Source: an uncultured Gemmataceae bacterium
GTDB lineage: Bacteria; Planctomycetota; Planctomycetia; Gemmatales; Gemmataceae
DNA length: 64,000 nucleotides
Direction: 5' to 3'
NCBI GenBank assembly: GCA_963750165.1
Contig: CAVVPN010000003.1
Coordinates: forward strand, 864,001-928,000
Below the pieces are notes generated by a model. The model was not told the origin of the DNA. It saw only the letters and a program-made list of their open reading frames with translations, and made no database searches. Positions 56,937 through 64,000 of the stretch are shown here, piece by piece. The first letter of the stretch is position 1. Each line of letters begins with the position of its first letter. The position numbers and the translations under genes were made by a program.

Positions 56937-59900
56937 TTACGGCAAAAGCTCCCCGCTGGCTGCCAGGTTCACCTCAATCGTCATCAGGTCGAGGCCGGAG
57001 CCGGCCCAGGAGTCGATCTCCTGCTGGGAGGCGGCGGTGCGGTGCAGCAGGTTCGGCAGGAATGGCAGCGGCGACACGCCGTAGTAGGCACGCACTGCCC
57101 GCTCCCGGAACTCCAGCGAGGCCTCCAGGCCCAGCGCCACCGCCGCCGGCCCCTGCGTGTTCAGGGTCGAGCGCCAGGCCGCGACCTCGGCGGCGCTGAC
57201 CGCCGCCGGGGCGCGGCCCAGCAGCACTGCGTACAGACCGACGATGGTGTTGGCGCCCGCGTCGGGGCCGCCGATCAGCTGGTTGGCGCGGTTGGCGAAC
57301 TCCGGCGTATTGCCGGCGATGCCAGCGATCACCGACTCGAGCGTCGCCCCGGCCAGCAGCTGCCCCGACCAGCCCGCCAGGCCGGCGGCGTCGGGGGCGC
57401 GGCCGAGCAACAACTGGTACAGCTCCCCGACGCGCCGCTGCACCGACTCGGGCGAGCGCTGGATGGCCGCCGCCACCGTCTCCGCACCCCCTACCAGTTG
57501 CCGCGCCCAGTGCAACTGCTCCGCCAGGCTGGCCGGCCGCCCCAGGAAATCCTGATACAGTTGATTGACGTACTGTCGGTCGGTGATGGTCGTCCCGGGG
57601 TTCAACTGGTCGATATGCACCGAGATGTTGTAATCCCCCGGCACGGCGTAGGTGTGCTGGCCCAGAACCGTGACTGTGTTGCCGTTCACTTGCAGACTCC
57701 CGAGTTCCGGCGGTGAGCCATCGCCCCAGTCAATGGTGGCGCGGTAGAAGTTGTAAATGGTTTCCCCCAGGGAGGCCGAGCCGGCCTCCAGGCCGCCGGG
57801 GTCGGTGAACGTCGCCACCTTCACCAGACCGAGTGACGCATTCACGTTGCCCGCGATGGGGTCGGCTTGCACCAGGTTCACTTGCGGGTCGCTCACGTTG
57901 GCCGTGCTGGTCGTCGTCGATTGCGGGGCCGGGACGGGGTTGGAGGCCGCGGCGACGATCTTGACCTCAATCGTCATCAGGTCGAGGCTGGAGTTCGCCC
58001 AGGAGTCGATCTCCTGCTGGGAGGCGGCGGTGCGGTGCAGCAGGTTCGGCAAGAACGACAGCGGCGACACGCCGTAGTAGGCACGCACTGCCCGCTCCCG
58101 GAACTCCGGCGAGGCCTCCAGGCCCAGCGCCACCGCCGCCGGCCCCAGCGTGTCCAGGGTCGAGCGCCAGGCCGCGACCTCGGCGGCGCTGACCGCCGCC
58201 GGGCGCGGCCCAGCAGCACCGTGTACAGGCCGACGATGGTGTTGGCGTTCCCGTCAGGGCCGCCGATCAGCTGGTTGGCGCGGTTGGCGAACTCCGGCGT
58301 ATTGCCGGCGATGCCAGCGATCACCGACTCGAGCGTCGCCCCGGCCAGCAGCTGCCCCGACCAGCCCGCCAGGCCGGCGGCGTCGGGGGCGCGGCCGAGC
58401 AACAACTGGTACAGCTCCCCGACGCGCCGCTGCACCGCCTCGGGCGAGCGCTGGATGGCCGCCGCCACCGTCGCGGCGTCGGCCACCTGCCGCGGCCACT
58501 GCGCCTGTTCCGCCGCGCCGGCCGGCCGCCCCAGGTACGCCTGGTACAACCCTCCGATCAGCGCTTGCCGTTCGAGGTCTGACAGCGGGGTCAATTGCTC
58601 GACGGTCACCGTGATGGCGAAGGTGCCCGGGTCGTGGTAGGTGTGACTGCCCCAGACCGTGAACGTGCTGCCGGTGAGGCTGAGCGTGCCCGACGTTGGC
58701 GTCGTGCCGTCGCCCCAGTCGATGGCGGCGCGGTAGTAATCGTTGATCGTGCCGCCCGGGCTGAAGGCGTCCGGTTCGGGGCCGCCCGGGTCGGTGAACG
58801 TCGCCACCGGTTGCAGCGTCGCGGCGGCGGCCTGCACGGCGGTGAAGGTGAGGCCCCCGGTGAGGATCACCGGCGGGTCGCTGACGAGGACCTGGAACGT
58901 ACCCAGTCCGCCGTTGCCGGCCTGGTCGGCGACGCTGACCTGGACCGTGTAACCGCCCGGAGGGCCTGGGTAGCCGTAGGTGTGCGGTTGAGCGGGGATG
59001 GCGCCCGCGAGATTGACGTTGGCCAGGACCGTGGGCTGCGTGCCGTCGCCCCAGTTAATGGTGACCGAGTAGGTGCCCGGACTGGCGAGCGCGCCGACGC
59101 CGAGGCTGGCGGCCATCTCCTCGACGGCGGACTGGGAGCCGGGCGGGCTGTAGACAAACTGATTCTCGAACGCCCCGATGTCCTGGCGGCCGTTGACGAC
59201 GCGGGTCAGCCCGCGCTGGTCGAAGGGGCCGTCGGTGCTCGGGTCGCCCTCGCCGGCGTCAAGGGCGGGGCTGGAGGTGCCGGTGACGGTGCGCAACAGG
59301 GCCATGGTCTGCGTCGGCCCGCCGTAATTGCCCAGCGGTTGCAGGAGCGGGTTCACGTTCTGCAGGTCGCTCGCGGCGAAACCGCTCCCGCCGGTGGTGT
59401 TGCCGATCAGGTTGTGCCCCTGGGAGCCGAGGGCGCCGGCGACATCGAAGCCGGTGTTGTTCGCGAGGATGGTGTCGCGCACGCTGGCGGTGCCGCCCTG
59501 GTTAAAGAAACCGCCGCCAACGTCGGTGCCGCTGGCCCGGCCGAAAGCGCTGTTGCTGGCGATGGTGCTGGTGGTGATGACGACGTTGCCGCCGCCCTGG
59601 TTGAAGACGCCGCCGCCGAGGCCCTGGCCGCTCCCGCCGGTGCTGTTCAGCCCCATGCCGCCGCTGCCGAAGTCCGCGGTGTTGCCGGCGATGGTGCTGT
59701 TGCGGATCGTGACCGATCCCCCGTTGACGTTGAAGACGCCGCCGCCCAAACCGGCCCCGCCGCCGCCGCCCCCGTTGCTGCCGTCGCCGCCGCCGAAGCC
59801 GCCCAAACCAGGCCCGCCGCCGCCGCTGCCCGAACTGCCGTCGCCGCCGCCGCCGCCGCCGCCGAAGCCGCCCGCGCCGCCACTGTAGATGCCGTAGGCG

Positions 59901-60742
59901 GGTTCACGGGCCGCACCACCGCCACCGCCGCCGAGGCCGCCCGCGCCGCCGTTACCGGAATTGTCGTCAGTGAACCCGCCTAAACCGCCGTTGATACCGC
60001 CGCCGTTGCCGCCCTGGATTTCCACATTACCGCTGTTGCTGCCACCATTGCCGCCCACGGCGCTGTTGCTCGACACGGTGCTCGACAACAACGTCAGCAC
60101 CCCCCGATTGAAGATGCCGCCGCCCAGCCCGGCCCCGCCACCGCCGCCGCCGCCGAGACCGTTCGGGCTGCCCGCGCCGCCCTGGGCCACGCTGTTGGTG
60201 ATGGCGACACGACTGAGCGTCAACATACCGTCGTTGTAGATGCCGCCGCCGCCCTCATCGAAGGTTTCACCGATGTTGATTTCGGAGGAGTTGATCGCGT
60301 TCATCACCAGTCCTGCGGTGATCGTCAGGTCGGATATTTGCACCACGGCCGGGGGGGACTCATTCCTGGGGCCGAAGACCTCGAAGACGCGCGAGTGGTT
60401 ATTCCCGCTGACGGTGAGCCGGTCCGCCCCCAGGCCGGTGATGGTGAGATTGTGCGTGATCGCCAGTTCGCCGCTCGTGAGCGTGATGGTCTGCCCGGCC
60501 AGGCTGGGGTCGAAGGTGATGACATCGCCCGCGGCGCTGGCGAGGATCGCGGCGCGCAGCGAGCCGGGGTCGGCGTCGGTGGTGTTCGTCACCACCAGAT
60601 TCGCTGGCGCCAGCCGGTCTTCCAGGATCTCCAGGCGGAGCGCCGCGAACCGCAGTCGGTGGCGCGGGCCGGGGTGACGATGGCACGAGACCGACCGCGG
60701 AGACAGGCCCAACAGCTTCCGGATCCAGGAGTGGACTATCAT
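56937..60742 (-). CDS. Large extracellular protein: LEDRLAP leader, Gly-rich beta-helix/choice-of-anchor-Q-like region, DWGDG Ig/PKD-like domains and two DUF4214-like modules; 1-bp frameshift ~58201
   Basis: LRLEILEDRLAPA, GSLRAAI, LGNYGGPTQTMAL...DQRG...DIGAFE, three WGDG domains and LYQLLLGRAPDAAGLAGW. Confidence 0.85.
56971..58472. repeat. About 510-bp near-identical intragenic direct repeat (56971-57480 and 57964-58472)
   Basis: Both copies start ACCTCAATCGTCATCAGGTCGAGG and end GGATGGCCGCCGCCACCGTC. Confidence 0.9.
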
Positions 60743-61270
60743 GATGGTGTCTCTAAAAAAGGGGGACGGCAAGCCGAGCAGTCTCGTTCTGTAGACACCC
60801 GAACGCCGCAACAGCGCTACGCTTGATCCGCGATCGCCATGCCCGGGTGTTCCGTCAGGGGCCGAAGTGGCTGGCGGGACGCCGCGGCGGGGTGAGGGCC
60901 GCGGGGCGGAAGAGGGTAGGGGCGACCATGGTGACTCGGCGAACAGGGCGGCAAACCTACAATCTATCTACACCCTGGGAAGATAAGGAACCTGGGGAAG
61001 ACATTGCAAGCCTTTTCTTCAGCAAATACAGAATAATAGGTAGCACAGCCTGTGCAAAGCGAACACGCTCCCGGCACGCCCTGCTTACCCAGGACAGCCG
61101 ATAGGATCCGGCCTTTTCGACTATTGTTCATTTCCCATCATGTCGATTCATTCAACAGGACCGGTTTGATCCCCCGTGCCCGGTGGGCCGACTGCTGGGC
61201 CGCCGGCGCCACGATTGTTAGCATCGACCGCCCTGGGGCGGATCGATGGTACAGCCCTACGAGGAGTGCT

Positions 61271-62482
61271 ATGCGTCCCCTTCCCGTCCTGCTGGCGGCC
61301 GCGGCCCTGCTGGTGGTGGCCGTCCCCGCGGCTCGGTCCCAGAGCCTGGATTCATTCCCGTTCAACCCCCGGTTGCCGGCGCCGCCCGGCTGCTGCCAGC
61401 CTCTTTACCAGTACCCTGGCAGCCTGTATTCCATGCCGTCCCAGTCCCCCCAGACGCCCGACGGCAAGGAGACCAGCCCGCTGAGCACGCCTTCCTCGAT
61501 CGGCGACACGGCCGCGCAGGCCGGCGCCGCGCCGACCCCGTCCGCGGACGCCGGCACGGGGGCGGGCCAGAGCGCGGGTATCGGCTTTAACCCGGCCATG
61601 TTCGGCGATCTGATCGGCGGCCCGACGGTGATTACCAAGGTGCGCATCAACGGGAACAACCCGCTCACCACCACGCCGGGCGCGGTGCTCACCGCCACGT
61701 CGCGCCAACCGCTGCTGAACCGCGGCACGTTCAAGATCGCGGACAACGACAGCCCGCGGCCAGTGGACCGAGTCTTTGTCACCTACAACTATTTCGACAC
61801 CGTCAACACCTTCACCTCCGGTATCCCGGGCTTCAACGTCAACCGCGAGATGTTCGGCTTCGAGAAGACCTTCGCCTACGGCAACGGCTCGTTTCAGATG
61901 CGCTTGCCATACCTCCAGCTGGAGAACGCCGTCGGCGCCCCCAGCAGCAACATCTCGGGCGACATGACCCTGGTCCTGAAGTACGCCGTCATCAACGACC
62001 GGCAGACCGGCAACGTCCTGTCCGGCGGCGTGGCCTTGACGCTGCCCACGGGTGACTCGTTCCTCGCCGCGACGGGCGAGACCATTCACGACACCCTGAT
62101 CCAGCCGTGGGTCGGCTACATCTACAACCTGGACCGCCTGTATGTGCAGGGATACCTGGCCGTGGTGGTCCCCACCGACTCACGGGACGCGACCCTGCTG
62201 TTCAACGACATTGGCCTGGGCTACTGGGCCTACCGCAACCCCGACCCGACCGAGTTCTTCCGGGGCATTGTGCCGACCATCGAGGCCCACCTGCTCGACC
62301 CGCTGTCGCACCGCGGCTCGCAGAGCCTGCCGGTCGGCTTGCCGGACTACCTGACCTTCACGGGCGGCGTGAACTTCGTCTTCGGCACAAACTCGACCCT
62401 GGGATTCGCCCTCGGCACCCCGGTCACCGGCCCGCGGCCGTACAATTACGAGGGCACGGTCGCACTCAATATCCGTTTTTAG
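61271..62482 (+). CDS. Secreted hypothetical protein, probable outer-membrane beta-barrel
   Basis: Signal peptide; FKIADNDSPRPVDRVFVTYNYF, FGFEKTF, amphipathic strands and terminal LNIRF. Confidence 0.75.
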   Translation: MRPLPVLLAAAALLVVAVPAARSQSLDSFPFNPRLPAPPGCCQPLYQYPGSLYSMPSQSPQTPDGKETSPLSTPSSIGDTAAQAGAAPTPSADAGTGAGQSAGIGFNPAMFGDLIGGPTVITKVRINGNNPLTTTPGAVLTATSRQPLLNRGTFKIADNDSPRPVDRVFVTYNYFDTVNTFTSGIPGFNVNREMFGFEKTFAYGNGSFQMRLPYLQLENAVGAPSSNISGDMTLVLKYAVINDRQTGNVLSGGVALTLPTGDSFLAATGETIHDTLIQPWVGYIYNLDRLYVQGYLAVVVPTDSRDATLLFNDIGLGYWAYRNPDPTEFFRGIVPTIEAHLLDPLSHRGSQSLPVGLPDYLTFTGGVNFVFGTNSTLGFALGTPVTGPRPYNYEGTVALNIRF

Positions 62483-62670
62483 TGAGCGGCGGCAAAAGTA
62501 CTTGTGGACCCGCGCGCCCTCACTATGGTAAACGCTAGAAGGCGCCGGCGGGGCCACGGGTTGGGCCTGAACGGCTAACGCGGCCATCAGGCTGGCGGAC
62601 AAAACCTTGAGCCCGCGGCCAACGTCGTGGGGCCCTGGTTCGGGGAGCAGTGCCGAGGAGTTCTCCTTCC

Positions 62671-64000
62671 ATGTCCGCTCAACCGGTACACTGGCACGAG
62701 GGCATGTTCCTGCTGCCACAACACCTGCAGGCGGCGCAACGGCACGGCGCCCACCAAACCCGGCTCGGTGACAGGTGGACGCAGCACTACGGCTGGGGCC
62801 TGCGGGCCTGCGAGCTGGACCTCGACGCCCTTGCCAATCACCGCCTGGTAGTCCGTAAACTTCACGCCCGTCTGGGCGATGGCACCCTGGTCACCGTCCC
62901 CGAGGATGGCCTGCTGCCAGACCTGGACCTGCAGGGTGCGCTGGACCGCGTCGGCACGGTTCGCGTCTACCTCGCTGTGCCGACCTTTGACCTGAGCCGG
63001 GCCAACGTCTCGGTCAACGGCGCCGACGACCGGGCGCGCTACCGGGTGGACGCGCTGGAGCTGGAGGACGACAGCAGCGGCCAGCACCCCCAGCCGGTGG
63101 AGGTGCGCCGGCTGAACCTCAAACTGCTGCTCTCGACGGCGGACCGTGCCGGCTACGAGACGGTGCCGGTCGCCCAGCTCAAGAAGGCGGATCGCGCCGA
63201 GGCGGCGCCAGAGTTGGACACAGCCTACATCCCGCCGCTGCTGGCCTGCGACGCCTGGAAGCCGCTGGCCCGCGACATCCTCGAGCACCTCTACGACCGG
63301 GTCGGCGCTCTGCTCACCCGGCTTGCGGCGCTCGTGGTCTCGCGGCGGATCAGCCTGGAGAGTCAGTCCCCCGGCGACCGGCTGCTGCTGGAACAGTTAC
63401 GCGCCCTCAATGAGGCGTTCGCCTTGCTGCGGGTCATGACCTTCGCCCAGGGGGTGCATCCGTTCCCCGCTTACCTGGAGTTGTGCTGCCTGGTCGGCCG
63501 CCTGGTCATCTTCAGCCGAAAACTCGGCCCACGGACGCCGGCCGACCTGCCGCTGTATGACCACGACGACCTGGGGCGCTGCTTCTACGCGATGCGGGAT
63601 TACCTGCACGAGATCCTGGACTTTCGCCCCCCGGACTACCAGGAGCGGCCATTCACTCGCGAGCAGGACCGCATGGAGGTCAACCTCGAGCCGGAATGGC
63701 TCGACCCGACCTGGGAAATGTTCGTAGGCGTGGACACCCCGCTGACCACGGACCAGTGCGTCCAGTTACTCAGCCCCAGGGGGCTGGACATGAAGATCGC
63801 CAGCACCGCCCAGGTCGATGCGATCTTCAACCAGGGGCGGATGGGGCTGCTGTTCACCCACGCCCCGCAGCCGCCCTCGGTGCTGCCGGCCCGGCCCAGC
63901 CTGGTGTACTTTCAGGTGGACCGCAAGGCCGAGCCGGGCGTCTGGAAGGATGTCGAGGAGCAGCGGGCCCTGGCCCTGCGCGTCAACGGCGTCGCCAAGA
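62671..64000 (+). CDS. tssK: Type VI secretion baseplate subunit TssK, 3'-partial (absent from the ORF track because it has no stop in the window)
   Basis: Hand translation: MSAQPVHWHEGMFLLPQHLQAAQR...YGWGL...YIPPLL...VHPFPAYLELC.LVGRL...LPLYDHDDLGRCF. Confidence 0.9.
   Translation, partial: MSAQPVHWHEGMFLLPQHLQAAQRHGAHQTRLGDRWTQHYGWGLRACELDLDALANHRLVVRKLHARLGDGTLVTVPEDGLLPDLDLQGALDRVGTVRVYLAVPTFDLSRANVSVNGADDRARYRVDALELEDDSSGQHPQPVEVRRLNLKLLLSTADRAGYETVPVAQLKKADRAEAAPELDTAYIPPLLACDAWKPLARDILEHLYDRVGALLTRLAALVVSRRISLESQSPGDRLLLEQLRALNEAFALLRVMTFAQGVHPFPAYLELCCLVGRLVIFSRKLGPRTPADLPLYDHDDLGRCFYAMRDYLHEILDFRPPDYQERPFTREQDRMEVNLEPEWLDPTWEMFVGVDTPLTTDQCVQLLSPRGLDMKIASTAQVDAIFNQGRMGLLFTHAPQPPSVLPARPSLVYFQVDRKAEPGVWKDVEEQRALALRVNGVAK

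Noticed and set aside
56926..56940. Right inverted repeat of the IS66 remnant (GGAAGGTTAC)
   Set aside because: Only about 6 bp match the left end, it coincides with another gene's stop codon, and no 8-bp target duplication is visible
56971..58472. DGR template/variable repeat pair
   Set aside because: Differences between the copies are not adenine-specific, both lie in one coding gene, and no reverse transcriptase is in the window
59640..60190. Non-coding (CCG)n microsatellite
   Set aside because: Explained by poly-Gly codons of the minus-strand surface protein

Overview
High-GC (roughly 70% by eye) bacterial DNA with a Planctomycetota, probably Gemmataceae-like, gene complement: two DUF1549/DUF1553 genes, DUF1501, DUF4058, an LEDRLAP-motif giant surface protein and many palindromic REP-like elements. 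About 50 CDS are supportable. Housekeeping genes include fabI, cls, glyA, nadA, pit/DUF47, LptF/G, bshB1-like and POT/MFS transporters. The window starts inside a DUF1549/1553 gene and ends inside tssK (type VI secretion). I saw no rRNA, tRNA or CRISPR array. About ten frameshifts, one in glyA, look like long-read indel errors, and nearly all reconstruct at or next to GCGC. Most notable: (1) an intact 1604-aa DUF4011-SF1 helicase-restriction-endonuclease-like protein whose recognisable catalytic motifs in both modules are substituted; (2) a low-GC, translationally coupled ABC-ATPase + DUF4276 (TOPRIM-like) pair, a candidate defence module; (3) a consensus sigma-54 promoter before an unannotated 52-aa ORF; (4) a TerY-P-type kinase/PP2C pair without TerY; (5) a sigma-70 factor with three extra N-terminal HTHs; (6) a repeated 6-8-6 palindromic operator for an ArsR-rhodanese module; (7) an IS66 scar. 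All family calls come from motif recognition, not database searches.
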